Assembly (NCBI GenBank): GCA_013265495.1
Contig: MU058337.1
Coordinates: forward strand, 5,810,716-5,874,715
Origin: Vicugna vicugna
Lineage: Eukaryota
DNA length: 64,000 nt
Direction: 5' to 3'
Shown here: in pieces, positions 12,391-25,699 of the stretch
How the letters are laid out: the number at the start of each line of letters is the position of its first letter
How positions within the stretch are numbered: position 1 is the first letter of the stretch
Position numbers and translations under genes: made by a program
Notes under the pieces: model-generated
Seen by the model: only the letters and a program-made list of their open reading frames with translations
Databases searched by the model: none
What the model was told of the DNA's origin: nothing

Positions 12391-12739
12391 AACCTCAGCC
12401 GGGTTTGGGAGGCCCCAGCCGCAGGATCCAGTCCACCCCGCAGCCCAGGACGACCGTGCTCCACCCTGCTGGCCCCAGGCCCCCGTTCATCCTCGCTTTG
12501 CCGGCCAGGCTCTGGCTCCCGCTGGCCAGTGGGTCCCCCCCAGGGACTCACCCATCCGCCGTCTGGGTGCCCTGGCTCCCGCCAGGAATGCTACGCCCAC
12601 CCCTGTTCTCTCCAGGATGACCCCCTATCAGTTCAGGGGCCACATCTCGCACAGCCATTCAGCTCAGGCACATTCACTCGCTCACTCAACACATCGTATT
12701 CTAATAGTGTGTTTTATCTACCTTTTTATAGTTTTTTTT

Positions 12740-13060
12740 AAATTTTAGAGTTTTTTTTATTGAGGTGAAGTTCACATAAAACATTTTTAAAATGGAGAAT
12801 TCAGTGATATTTAGCACTTACTTAATGTTGTGTCGCCACCACCTCCATCGTCCTCCAGAGCATCCTCCTCCCTGAGGAGAGCCCTGTGCACAGCAAGCAG
12901 CCAGTCTGCGATCCACACCTCCTCAGCCCCTGGCGGCCACCAGCCCGCTTCCCGTGTCTCTGGGCTTGCCTGTCCGGGGCGCTTCGTGTCAGTGGAATCA
13001 AACAAAGACACCGTGACCTCAGGTGTCTGGCATCTTTCACTTACGGCTTTTCCAGGTTCG
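12740..13060 (-). mobile_element. L1MB-like 3' end
   Basis: ttttattgaggtgaagttcacataa...ttcagtgatatttagcac...gtggaatca. Confidence 0.75.
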
Positions 13061-13084
13061 CCGCACAGGCCGTGTTACTGCCAG

Positions 13085-13450
13085 CTGTGTCATGGTAGTT
13101 CGCAGGAGCTGCCGCACAGAGTCCCACAGACAGGGGCCTTAGACAGCAGAGGTTTATTTTTTTCACAGTTCTGGAAGCTGGAAGCTTAGAGCAAGGTGCG
13201 GGGGGGTTTGGTGTCTCCTGAGGTCTCTCTTGTGTCCTCACGTGGCCCTTACTCTGTCCCTGGTGTCTCTGTCATGCCCCAATTTCTTGTAAGGACAACC
13301 AGTTAGATCGATGTAAGTCTCGCCCTAAAGAGTCATTCTAATTGAGTGGCTTCTTTAAACACCGCGTCTCCAAACACAGTCACCTTCTGAGGTGCTGGGG
13401 GCTAGGGCTTCGCCGTGTGAATTGGGGGGGGCACAGTTCAGCCCATAACA
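13085..13450 (-). mobile_element. MLT1 (MaLR) solo LTR
   Basis: cacagttctggaagctggaag...taaggacaaccagttagat...ttctgaggtgctgggggctagg...cacagttcagcccataaca. Confidence 0.85.
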
Positions 13451-14504
13451 ATCAGTATATCTTGTTCAGAGCCCCATTTTCACACCATGTTCCACTGTAG
13501 AGTTCTCTGAGCACATGCCCCACCTTCTCCTAGACTTTGAGCCTGAGGGCGTAGCTCGCGTGGGACCTCCCAGCGTCCAGAAGCACCGGGCGGAGGCTGA
13601 GCGCCCGGCCCTGGTCCAGCCCGAGCGCCCGCAGCTGGGAGTCCACTTCCCGGGCCGACGTGCTCTTCGTGGTCTGGCTGCAGCGAGTGCACGGTACGTG
13701 TGGGTCCACGGTGGCCTAGTGATCCCTGGAGAGCCCCTGTTTCTGCTGGAGGAGCCAGTTTTCAACCAAATACTTACTTGGAAGCTGCTTGGTTGTCATT
13801 TATTTCCTTGTGATCAAAACAGAGAAAACTGTCTCATTGAGAATTCCCAGGACCAGGTGAACGAATGTGTTCACTTTCTCCGCACGTGCTCCGTTATGGG
13901 GAACAAGTTAAAATGTGTCCCTGCCCTTCGGGAACTTAGGGAGGGAGCACCTGGCACGTAGGACAGAGCGGGACCCGCGCACCATGATGCGGAGAATCAG
14001 AGAGGCTTTGGGACGGGCAGGACCGGGGCTGCGATTTTAAGGACGGCTTGGATTTGGGCGGGAAGGTGTGAATGTGGTGTCCAGGAGCAGGCTGGGGGAG
14101 GCTGTGGGAGCAGCGGGCTGAGTCGGTGAGGCTCGGGCTGCAGTCACAGTGTGGGAGTGTGGCCAGGCTCCTGGAGTCCAAGCAGCTGGCCAGCTGAGCG
14201 TGGCTGGGAGCCCTGAAGGCTTTCAAGCTCGGCGTCAGTTTGGCTTAGGGGTGAGGGTGGTGGGTGGGGGATCCTGGAAGAGAGGCCTGATTGGGATTCC
14301 ATCTGGAGGCAGGTATGGGCAGGGGCCCCAGAAGGAGCGTGGCCCTCATGTCACCTTGGGATCTGCTGCTGCTGAGAGAGCTGGAAGCAGAACTGGCTTG
14401 GAGAGGAAGGCAGGGAGTCCAGCTGGAGTGAGGACACATCTGGGGAGGCTGTCAGGTGGCTCCCCAGCCTGGGCGCGAATGGAGAGGGTGCCCAAGGCCA
14501 TCGG

Positions 14505-15060
14505 GCTGCAGTAGCTCAGCGCCACGAGGGGTTCAGGCAGCAGGCGTCCGTCCCTCACAGCTTTGGAGGCTGCAAGTCCAAGATCAAGGCGTGGCTTCTC
14601 CCTTGGCTTGTAGACTGGTTGGTGATGTGGCCCCAGTTGTGCTAAAATGTGCTCTCAATTGCTCCTGGGTGGGCTGTGAAGTGCGGAGATGGTTATTTAA
14701 AGAGAATTTCCTGTTTAGTTGATAAAAATATCCAGATAATATATTAATGTTAATATATAATTAATTGTATAATTAACACTTATATTAATTTATTAATAAA
14801 TTAATAATTTCAGCACCTTGACTTGTTTGCTGAAAATATGAAGCAGTAAAAATGAAGTAACTGGAAGAAAAAAAAACATTTGGATGCAAGTCAGCATCCA
14901 AATGTCCTCTTGTGAGGGTACAGTCATATTGAATTACCCTGGTGACCTCATTTTAACTTAATCACCTCTTTAAAGACCCAAAGTCAGTCACATCCTGAGT
15001 GACCGGAGGCTGGGAGTCCCACCTCGGGAATCTGGGGGGACACAGGCCAGCCTGTAATCA
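14505..15060 (-). mobile_element. MLT1 LTR interrupted by an AT-rich insert (about 14620-14893)
   Basis: ggaggctgcaagtccaagatcaagg, then after the insert tccaaatgtcctct...gacctcattttaacttaatcacctctttaaagaccc. Confidence 0.7.
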
Positions 15061-15184
15061 GTGCAAATATAAGCTTTATCCAAGTAAGATCGTGTCAACC
15101 TTGCTTACAACTCAAGATGAATAACCCTTTGACTTTGCCCTGTTTTCCGGTGTGTCCCGGGCCGGGGCAGGTACTGGGAGCACT

Positions 15185-15385
15185 TGAACTCCAGGGTCAG
15201 ACCGGCTGGGGCTGCTGCTTCTAGCTGTGTGACTTTGGGCAAGTCCAACACTTACTGCCTACACTCTCTGTCTCGGTGTCCTCACAGGTAAAACGGCAGG
15301 AAAGGAGCCTGCTTCATAGGTTGTTGTGAAGATTAAATCAGGTACGATGTGAAGTGCTTAGAAGTATACCTGGTTCCTAGTCAGC
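15185..15385 (+). mobile_element. MIR SINE
   Basis: ctagctgtgtgactttgggcaagt...ctctctgtctcggtgtcctca...cataggttgttgtgaagattaaat. Confidence 0.75.
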
Positions 15386-15896
15386 GTTGTGATGCAGGTG
15401 CTGGTCGTGATTACTGGTCCCACCAGGTTTGGGGAAGATGGTGTTTGTGCAAGAAAATACTGCTTTTCTGTGCAAAACTAAAGTGTATGTTTGAGAATGG
15501 AAATCACGATGTCGCCCTCACCCAGCTTAGCTGTGTAGAGTGCCTGCAGTGTTTGCCGTCAGATGTCTGATCCTGGAGGACATGGTGGTGGGGTGGGGCT
15601 TGTCATCCTTTCATGGAAAAATAAAACTCCACGTTGCTTCTGGCAATTCGACCTTGTGGCCGAGCCTGGGAGGTGGGTGGGATGGGAGCTTGCTCCCGGT
15701 GAGGCTGAGGGAGGTCAGCCAGGGCTGCCCCGAATCCATCCTTTTGAATCTCACAGATGCACGAGGCCTGGAAGAAGCTGCCGGCAGTAAGGTTCTGTTT
15801 CCACTGTCTTCTCAGGGAAGGGAGACTCTGGAGAGTGAGCTTTTGAGCAGAATTAATAATTTCTTATTTGTTGTTTATGTCATTCAGAATAACGCT

Positions 15897-16240
15897 GCTA
15901 TCTATGGACCAAATGTCTGTGTCCCCCCAAGATTCATATGTTGCAATTCTGACCTCCAGTGCGATGGTATTGGGGTGTAGGGCTTTTGGGGGTGATTAGG
16001 TCATGAGGTCGGAGCCCTCACTGTGGGACCAGTGCCCTGATAAGAGACCCCAGAGAGCGCCCTCACCCCGTCCTCAGGGTGAGGACCCAGCGAGAAGATG
16101 CCGTCTGTGAACCAGAAGGTGGTGCCCCCACCCCCAAACACTGAATCTGCTCAGCCTCCAGACCTGTGAGAAAAGCATGTTTGTGGTTTGTAAGTCGCCC
16201 GGTTCATGGTGACATTGTTATAACAGCCCGAAGGGACGAG
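15897..16240 (+). mobile_element. MLT1A-like solo LTR
   Basis: tatggaccaaatgtctgtgtccccccaagattcatatg...cagcctccagacctgtgagaaa...tgttataacagccc. Confidence 0.85.
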
Positions 16241-17839
16241 GGCAAAGCCCGGTCTGCTGGGCGCCGGCCCAAGGACAGCCGGGTGCCCCACCTGTGCTGG
16301 CCAGGTGGGGGTGCCCGCCCTCCCCTGTCAAGTACTGTTGTGCGATTGGACAGAGAGGGAAACTGAGGCTCAGAGATTCGCTCATTTGCCAGCATCACTG
16401 CCCAGGCCTGTCTGATCCGCAGCCGGTTCTTCCCGCCTGGGGGCCTCGGGCCAAGGGGAAGAGCATCCTCAGGCTGCGTCGGAGCCAAGTTCTTCTAAGT
16501 AAGGGAGTGTTTCTGCCCAGGTTTGCTTTGCTTCTGAAGATAGGATAAGAGGGCCGCTTGGGATGTTTGGCCTGCAGTGTGAAAGCTTCAAAAGCACATC
16601 GTTTGAGTGTTCATATCACCAGAGAGGAGAGGCCTCGTGTCTCAGAAGAGCCCTCAGTGGCAAGACAAGCTCTCAAATGGGTCAGAAATGGGAGTAATGA
16701 GGAAAAGGTGGGTCTCACCTCTTAATGACAGAAATAAGCAGCTCACCAGGGCACTTCTAACTAACTGGAAATTTTGCTTATGTGAGAAAATGAAAACCAA
16801 TAAAACAGAGTCTAGGGAAGTTGAGATAATCAGTGATGAGTTCAGGGAGGTTTAGATAACTAATGGTGAGTTAATAAGAGAAATATAACTTGAAATACTG
16901 GAACCAAGAGGTTAAAATGTTCCAGGAATATTAATGTTTAATGAGACATAGCCAAGAGCTCACCTGTGAGTGCAGAGCCAAAGGTCAGGGAGGAAGGAGG
17001 GGAGCGTTTCTTGGGACTGGGCCGATGAGACAGGGCGTGACTGATGGGGTCTGGGGGGCTCGTGCTTGTGATGAAATGACCCCCACGGTCCTGGGCCCTG
17101 GAGGAGGCGGGGGAGGGGTGCAGCCTGGGCTGTGGGAGCCATTCCAGATCTCGGAGGCTCTTCCACATTATACATCAGTCTCGCTGGATCACACGTGTCC
17201 TGGTTCTTTAGAAAAGAACTGCATTGTGCTGTAGGACACTGTCCCGGGAGCACACTTAAACACACGCGGGAGACTTGGGTAAGAGTCTAGGAAAACAGAT
17301 TGATTATGTGAAGAAATGGAGATGTCTATAACAAAACAGCAGCAAAACCCAGGCAAACCAGGGGGATCTGACGGGCCCGGGTGATGGTGGCCAAGAGCTT
17401 GATGTGAGTCCTGAACTGGGAGGGTCCTTAGGGGAGAAGAGTGAGACAGGCAAACCAGCCTTGTGGGCCTGAGGCCAAAGCAGGTGCTCAGTGTCCTGGT
17501 GAAATCTTCCCAAGGGCCTGGCCCAGGACAGGACTTCTCCCAGCCGGTAACAGGTGTGATGCCACACAATGAATCCTGGTGGGGCTGGAACTTGACTCCA
17601 CGCAATTCGAGTTGTCTCTGGAAATGGACTTGAGTGAAGCGCCCCAGGGTAGAAGCTAAAACAGAGCATAGACTTCTCAGCCATCTGCACTCAGGTTGGA
17701 GCAGAGGGGAATGGATGAGTCACTTTGGTGAAAATAAGGCCTAAGATTTATGGAGTACTAATGTATTGCAAGAAGCATGTAAAATCATGGTGGATAAAAG
17801 GACTTTGTTCAAATGCTGAAGTTTAATAGACTTTCAAAA

Positions 17840-19065
17840 AAATTGGCTTTATTGATTTGCATGTGATACAGTTCACGTTTATTTAAAGTCCAGTGAATTT
17901 TAACAAATGTATATACTTGTGTGATCACCACCACAGTCAGATGCAGAACATTTTCATCACCCCAAAGCTCCTGGTGCCCCTTCGTAGTCAGATTTCTCCC
18001 CTGAGCCCAGCCCCGAGCAGCCACTGCTCTGTCCTCTGTCACTAGGATTTGCTTTCTCCAGAATGTCAGTGGAATCACATGGCGTGTAGTCTTTTGTGTC
18101 TGGCTTCTTTCACTCAGATTTATCCATATTATTTTATGGATACTGTTATTTCCATAGACCTCAGTCTGTTTGTGGATTCTCAAGTTGATGGGCATTTGGG
18201 TTGTTTCCACTATTGGCCGTTGTGAATAGAACTGCTGTGAAAAATTCCTGCGCAGGTCTTTGTGTGGAAATACGAAATCCTTTATGGTGGGTGTATTCCC
18301 AAGGGTGAGACTGCTAGGTTGTGTGGTGGATACATGGTTAACTTTTAAGATTGTTTCCCAAACTTGCTGCACCGTTTTGCGTTCCCAGAAGCAATACATA
18401 AGAGTTTCAGTTACCCTACATCGCTGCCAACACTTGATGTTAGTAGTGTTTTCGGTTTTACCCATTCCACTGGGTGTATGATGGTGTCTCGTTGTGGTTT
18501 TTATTTTCAAGTCCTTAATGACTAATGACGTTGAGCATTGTTTCAAGTGCTTACTTGAGTTTTATATACTTTGGTGAAGTGTCTGCTCACATCTTTTACC
18601 CCTTTTATTTGGGTTGTTTTGCTTCTTCCTGAGCTTTAAGAGTTCTTTGTATATTCTGGATACAAGTCATTTATCAGATATGTAGTCTATGTTTTGCAGA
18701 TAAATTCTCCCATTCTGTGTGTGCCTTTTCCTATAATCAGTGGGTGCCTTTTGAGAGCAGACATTTTTGATCTTGATAAAATCCAGCTTTTCCATGTTTT
18801 CTCTTTATTGTTTGTACTTTTTGTTTCCTAATAAGATTTCCTTTTAGAACTTTAGCTCTTGCAGTTGGATACATTTTGAATTAAGTATATTTATATGGAG
18901 TGAGGTAAGAGTGGTAGTTCATTTTTTTGTGTGTATGGATATCCTATTGTTCAGCACCATTTGTTTCAAAGACTATCCATTCTCCTTGAATTACCTTGGC
19001 ACTTTTATCAGAAACAGTTGTCCGTACAAGTATGGGTCTACATCTGGACTCTAATCTGTTCCACT
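17840..19065 (-). mobile_element. L1MB/L1MC fragment (ORF2 end and 3' UTR)
   Basis: Minus ORF 17809-18546 begins with L1 ORF2 C-terminal-like MKQCSTSLVIKDLKIKTTTRHH...CWQ. Confidence 0.9.
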
Positions 19066-19074
19066 GATTTTTTT

Positions 19075-20630
19075 AACTAGTTATTTTTATTGAGAGATAA
19101 ATCACATACCATAAAAATCACCACATCAAAGTGTACAGTTCATTGGTTTCTAGTATATTCACAAGGTTGTGCAACCACCACCACTGATTCTACCAACATT
19201 CTCATCACCCCAAAAAGAATATTCCATTGATTTTTTTCCAGCTTTGTTGAGATATAATTGACATATAACATTGTATAAGTTTAAGGTACAGTGTGTTGAT
19301 CTGATGATATATACGTATTGCAGTACGATTGCCATCATAATGTCAGCTAATGCTGTTATCATGTCACTTAATTACATTTAATTTTTGTGGTGACAACATT
19401 GAAGATCTACTCTGTCAACAGCTTTCAAGTATATAATACGGTATTGTTAACTATATTCACAGCACTGTGTGTTCCATCCCCAGAACTTCTTCATCTTCTA
19501 ATTGGATGTTTATACCCTTTGACCAACATCTCCCCATTACCCCCAGCCCCCAGCCCCTGGTAACCACCATTCTACTCTCTTTATACAAGTTTGGCTTTTT
19601 AAAGTCCCACATGTAAGTGAGATCATACAGTATTTGTCTTTCTCTGCCTGACTTATTTCACTCAGCATAATGCCCTCAAGCTCTGTCCATATTGCTGCAA
19701 ACGGCCGGATTTCCTTCTTTCTCGTGGCTGAGTAATAGTCCATGTGTGTGTACGCTTAGGTTGCTTCTACATCCTGGCTGTGGGGAATAATGCTGCAATG
19801 AACTTGGGAGCGCAGGTGTCCTGTTTTCACTATCCTGTTTTCACTTCCTTTGCTTACGTACCCAGAAGTGGAATTGCTGTATCGTATGGTAGTTCTATTT
19901 CCAATTTTTTGAGGGACCTCCACGTTGCTTCCCAGAGTGGCTGAACCAATGCACATTTCTTCCCAGCAGCAGTGCACGGGGCGCCCTTTTCTCCACGTCC
20001 TCATCAGTGCTTGTTACCCCTCGTCTCGGTGACGGCCATTCTGGCAGGTGCAAGGTGGCATCTCGCTGTAGTTTTCATTTGCATCTCCCCGATGATTAGT
20101 GATGTTGAGCACCTTTTCATGTACCTGTTGGCCATCTGTCTGTCTTTGGGAAAATGTCTATTCATTTGCTCTGCCCATTTAAAAATCAGATTGTTTGTTT
20201 TTTTGTTATTGAGTTGTATGAGTTCTTTATACATTTTGGATATTAACCCCTTATCAGATACATGGTTTGCAGATATTTCCTCCCATTCTGTCGGTTGCCT
20301 TTTCATTCTGTTGATTGTTTCCTTTGCTGTGCAGAAGGTTTTTAGTTTGATGTAGTCCCATTTACTGATTTTTGCTTTTGTTGCTGTGCTTTTGGTGTCA
20401 CAACTAAAAAATTGTTGCCAGGACTAGCGTCAGGGAGTTTTTTCCTATGTTTTCTTTTAGAAGTTTTACAGTTTCAAGTCTTCTGTTTAAGTCTTTAATC
20501 CACTTCAAGTTGCTCTCTGTGAGTAGTATAAGGGTCCAATTTTATTTTCCTGCCTGTGATTATCCAGTTTTCCCAACTCCATTTATTGAAGAGATGATTT
20601 TTTACTGATTGTGTGTTCTTGGCTCCATAT
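19075..20630 (-). mobile_element. Stacked L1 fragments: short L1MB 3' end (about 19075-19230) and an L1MA-like ORF2 end plus 3' UTR (about 19230-20630)
   Basis: Minus ORFs [29 protein letters not shown]... and MDYYSATRKKEIRPFAAIWTELEGIMLSEISQ are L1 ORF2 C-terminal sequence. There are two separate T-rich 3' ends. Confidence 0.9.
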
Positions 20631-23600
20631 CAAATATTACTTGGTAGAAAGTGTGTGGATTTTGGATTAAGCCTTGACTTTAAATCCAGGCCATTCCATT
20701 TAATAGCTATGCTGTTCTGGTTAAATAAATCTTCTGAGCCTCGGTCTCCATATGTGAAATGGGACAATAACACTTGTTGCTGGAGGATTGGAGGGAACAC
20801 ATCAGTTCCCGGAGAACCACTGACATCCCCTGTACAAAAAATTTTCTTCCTTTCTCCCAGGGCAGTAGGTGAAATGGACAAACTGCACTCCAGCCAGTTT
20901 CCACTGGGCTGTGTCTTCCTAGAAGATCTGGGCGGGGCTGGATTGCAGGGGCACCTCTCCTTTTTCATGGAGGAGAGAAGAGGTCGGCTTGCAGCTTGGC
21001 AGAGAGTGGGCAGGAGGACAGGGCCCCTCAGGTGCAGGGAGGAAGGGGACAGGCCCCCCAGAGGACGTGGGGTCAGGAGACCACTCCTTTCCGCTTGGGT
21101 GTGAGCTCCTGGGAAGGAGGTGTAGCCTGGGCTGTGTGGTGCCCCCTCCTTGGGGCAGGGACCAGTTCCCTGGAGAACTGTCTTTATTCCAAGAAGGGAC
21201 AGCAGGAGGGGAGAGAAAAATTCCTTAACTCAAAAATAATTGAAATCATTGTTGTATTAAAACAGGGGCACGTTTACATGGCTTTGGATGGGTCAGCTCC
21301 CCTGCTGCCTCTGCACCAGGTCCACACTGGGCAGCAGAGCCCGGGGCCTGGTTCTTGGAGGCCCGCTCAGAGGATGAGCAAAGTGCACTGTTTTTAGGGG
21401 CTTCAACTAGAACCTTAGTTACCTTTAAATTGTTTGTAAAGCATGGCCTTCTCGGGGGGATCTCCTGAGATACCAGGGGAGTCTAGTACCACAGCCCAGG
21501 CCAGGGAAGAAGATGCGGCTGGGCCCACTGACCCGCAGCTGGGCCCAAAACAGATGGGGACGGACAGGAGACAGCCCTGATTTCTTGTCCTTGCTGTTCA
21601 CACGTACGGCATGTTGTTTTGTTTGTTTTTATATAAGAACGTCATTTTGGGAAAGGGAAGTGACAGAGTTCCTATGGGGAAAAAAAAGTTACCCCCCTAA
21701 CACGCTCAGGCTGTTCGTTAGGAAAACGGCTGAAGCAGCGCAGGGGAGCCTCCCCGAGTCCTCCTCTTTATTAGGACAGAAGGAACATTGTAAAGTTAAA
21801 TAAGAAAACAAACGTCCCGTGATGAAAAGCAGACCTATAGTTCTGTTGTTTTTGAAACCAGTTTTGGAAAAGTGAGGAAACCGCATGGAGCAGCATCTCT
21901 TCTGTGATCACACAAAGCGGTAACAAGGGATTTTTGCATTTTAACAGGATTTTGCTCTCCCAGGAGTGGACTGCATCTTGTCTTCTAAGTGATTTTCAAA
22001 AGCCAAGTATAGACCAGATTGTGCTTTTTAGTAACATTTAGGGCTCTGGGATCTGCCCCCAAACACCTGAGGCCAAGATGTGGTGAACCCGGGGGAAGGC
22101 TGGCTTCGGCCCCTGGGCCCCCTGGCTCCTCCCAGCTGGTCCCAGCGGTCAGTGGGGCTCAAGTGGGTTTTTGTTTGCCCTTCTGGGGGGTTGGGTGTAG
22201 TGTTTAAGAGGGCTGGATCCACTTAGTTCAGTGCATCCAGTTCCTTCAAAGCCCCAGTCACTCCAACAAAACATTTTCTAGGAATTTGGGACTCGAGTCT
22301 TGTGGCCGCCGCGGGTGAGCAATGACCAGCCGTGTGTGTGGACACACAGGAACGGGGAGTGAAGGGCCCCACTTCACGTCAAGTATTTACAAGCATGTTC
22401 GGTCACACGCCCTTCATTTCCTGCCTGCTCCCTCCTCCTTTCTTGTAATTCAGTTTTAACTTCTCTCTCAGCTGTTTTAATTGAATTTTACTTGGGCTAA
22501 TTAGGAAAGCATGAAAGGATCTGAATGCTTTGGGGACAGTTAATTAATCAAAAAACCCATCAGGCTTAATTTTGAGTTCAGTGCTTTTATTTTTTAAAGG
22601 CTTCTTTTTAAAAAAAAAAGTTTAAAATGGACTTCTGTGTTTGCAGCGTGTTGGGGGTGATTCGGGTGCACTAAGGGAGGCGTTACCTTTTCTAGGTTTG
22701 CATTTTTCCCGCCTACCCCACTGCCTCCAGGTAGCCAACATCTTTTTAGAGGATTAACTGGTTTTTAATAATATTCTTAGCAAAAATACAATCCTGAAGG
22801 TGAATCTGTTATTGCTACCAAAAGAACTGAGTCCTGAATTCCAGAGCCCCCTGGGAGTGGAGCTGGGACTGTTCCTAATTTGCTGTGGCTGGCAGTGCAG
22901 GCCGACAGTGCCGACCGGCGGCGGGGCCACCTGTGCCGTGGTTTCTGAGTGGTGCTGGGGTTCCCTTTGTAGTGGAGGTGGTCTTCTGGGCCTTTGAGGT
23001 TTGAGGTCCTGCAGCTGTATTTGGCGGTCATCTTCCAAAGTCTTCTTGCCACTAATTCGTCCCGTGGTGTTGGCCCCTGGCTGGATGCTGGGCCCCGAGG
23101 TAGCTGAGCTCAGGATGCCTGCATCTCCTACCACCTGCCGTGGCCTCGCGCCCTTGGCTGGGGTGAGGCCGGGCCCTCCGAGGTCTGCAGGGGCTTGGCT
23201 TTGACCTTTGATCCCTCAGCCCTTTGTCCAGTGCTCTGTCTGGAAGACTTGTTCCTCCAAAGCAATGAAATACTACGTTACATGCAGCGGGTCTGGGCCC
23301 AGGCCTATCCAGGGGCCTCACCTGCACTTGTGACTGTTTTATTTTCTCACTCTTGGGTAGGCCTGATTTCTAGACGGTTACCTAGGAGTTGTTTAATGGG
23401 TATATTTCTATTCTCCTTAGGACAGTTTGTTAGCAAGCCACCTAGTTAAGGAAGGCTCTGGGTGAGTCTGTAACTGTGCTCCTGTAGTGCTGCTAACTTT
23501 AAGTTGCATTCCCAAACTCCCATTTCTTACCTAAGAAAGCAAAGCAGTCAAGTAACCATTTTAAGTTAAACATTTAAGCCTTAAAATGTTTCTGAAGGAC

Positions 23601-24633
23601 AAGACCATTTAAACAGTCCATGATGGGTAGTCATTCTCTTTCCCTCCACTGCTTTCTGCCTGAGTTGTCACCAAGAGAGAAAAAAGATCTTTTGGGGGCT
23701 ACCAGGTAGGGTGGGAGCTGCCTGCCTTAAGCCAGACCTGCTGCCCTTTCCAGGCCCTGCAGAGAGGTGGGGGTGAGGAGCAGACACAGATTCCTGGCTC
23801 TTTCCAGGCAGAATAAACATGTTTTGAGCAACTGCCAGCAAGTGAGTTAAAAGCTGCTCCTCTAGCAGGCTTGCAAAAAAATATTCTAAAAGGCAAATCA
23901 TTTGCTACGTTTCCTGGTAGCCAACTGTTGGACGTCTCTGCTTGATCAGCAGTCAGTGCACACAGGCCGTGGGTGGGTAGTGACAGCTAGTGAGTCTTAA
24001 CCCCAGGCCCCGTCCCTCAGAGGTCACACCTGGGGCTGCTCTGCCTTCCCCTGTCTCCCTCCCAGGAGCCCAGGTAACAGTTGCAGAGAAGTCTGTCCGG
24101 TTTCACTGTGCACTGGGTTCCAGAAAACGACCAAGTTTAAGGGAGGGAGGCCACCACAAATCTGTGTTAGAAACAGTTTGGAAATACTTGGATGTGTGTG
24201 GAAATTCGAGATAAGAGATGAGAAGTTTTTGCTGCTGATTAGGGACTGTGAAGTATGCTGAACTCACATAAAATATAAACTGGTGATAAAAATTACAGAC
24301 CGGGTGGCCTACAAACTGCCTTCTTTCCATGATCTCATTTAATCTTTTTTTTTAGATCAACTTTCTTTGATGTGTAATTTACACACAAGGAAACTCACAT
24401 CGCATGCCCTGCAGGGCGCCCTCCCCTCCTGGTTGTTGTCTTCAGTGTGTGTGGCTGGCCTGTACGGGGAAGTACCCAAGGAAGGAAGGACAGGGTAGAG
24501 TTTCTTGCTTGTTGACGTTTCTTAGAACGCCACTGCCTTCTTCCTGCTGTTCAGAGCAGCCTCTCCCGGCTGACCCAGGCAGGGACGCAGTACTGTCTAG
24601 TTCTCATTCTTAAGCCTTGCTGAATCCCACCTG

Positions 24634-24790
24634 TCTGTGCTGCTGGGGCTGCCTGGGTCTCCATGCTGGCGAGTGTGCATTAGCGTCCGGGATCTGTGCT
24701 GCTGGGGATCTGTGCTGCTGGGATCTGTGCTGCTGGGGATCTGTGCTGCTGGGGCTGCCTGGGTCTCCATGCTGGCGAGTGTGCATTAGC
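24634..24790. repeat. Compound minisatellite: two exact 51-bp copies flanking three GATCTGTGCTGCTGG(G) units
   Basis: tctgtgctgctggggctgcctgggtctccatgctggcgagtgtgcattagc occurs at 24634-24684 and 24740-24790. Confidence 0.95.
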
Positions 24791-25699
24791 ATCCCCTGAG
24801 ACATTTACACGTGCCCAAATAAAATTGTGAACAGTTCCAGGAAGGGGGCCACTTCTAAGTGCTGATTCCTCAGGCAGGCTGCACCAGTGTGTACTCCATG
24901 CCCAGTAAACGCCTGTGGACGCCTTAAGGATGAGGATGGAAATGGAAGCTGGTGTGTGGCCTTCCCAGGCCACGGCTGCCTGAGGCCCTCCGGTGGCTGG
25001 AAGCGGTTCCTGTTCTGAGTCCTGGGCAGAAGGCAATGAGAGAGCACCCTCCTCCCAGAGCTGGGCAGAGCCAATGCAGGCAGCGAGGAGGTTTGAGGGC
25101 CGTCTGTGTCCATCACTTCACCTCTGGTTCCCCATCTGTAACATGGAGAGAAGTGGGGGGCAGGGAGTTATTGTGTCATTTTGAGTGTGAGTTGAGAACG
25201 TAAGTGAAGTATACAGCATGGGGTGCACACAGTAAAAATGCCCTCGGTCGTGGCCGCAGCAGTACTCACGTCCCCTTTGAGCCACAGGTGGGCTGGCAGG
25301 GGGAGCCCAGCTTTCTGAAGCCACGCCCACAGGGCAAGTGGGTTTTGTGCTGAGGGCCCTGGGCGCCTTCTCTAGGGGTCAGAGTGTGGGTGGGACCAGA
25401 CCGCGTGCTCGCTCTGCTACATCTACTGCACCAGGGCCCCCAGCAGCCCTGGATCTGGGACCGGGCCTGCAGTTCCCTGTCCTGCCTCTTCCCACGGAGC
25501 CCTTTCCCCACGGCCTCGGGGCTCTTCCAGCTCCTAACAGACTGCGCCTGCGGGGTGGGGATCGAGTCTCCCTTGTGGTCACTGTATGTTTTAAAGATGG
25601 CAACACGCTGGCCTTTAAAGCGGCGTGGCATTAAAAGTTTGTTTTTTTTTAAACTTTCCAGTGCGGGCAAAGCATAAAACCCCCAGATGGTCACCAGGG

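Noticed and set aside
17809..18546. 245-aa minus-strand ORF
   Set aside because: It is a decayed L1 ORF2 end reading into the L1 3' UTR, not a host gene.
24634..24790. CRISPR-like repeat array
   Set aside because: The context is eukaryotic, there are no unique spacers and no cas genes. It is a minisatellite.
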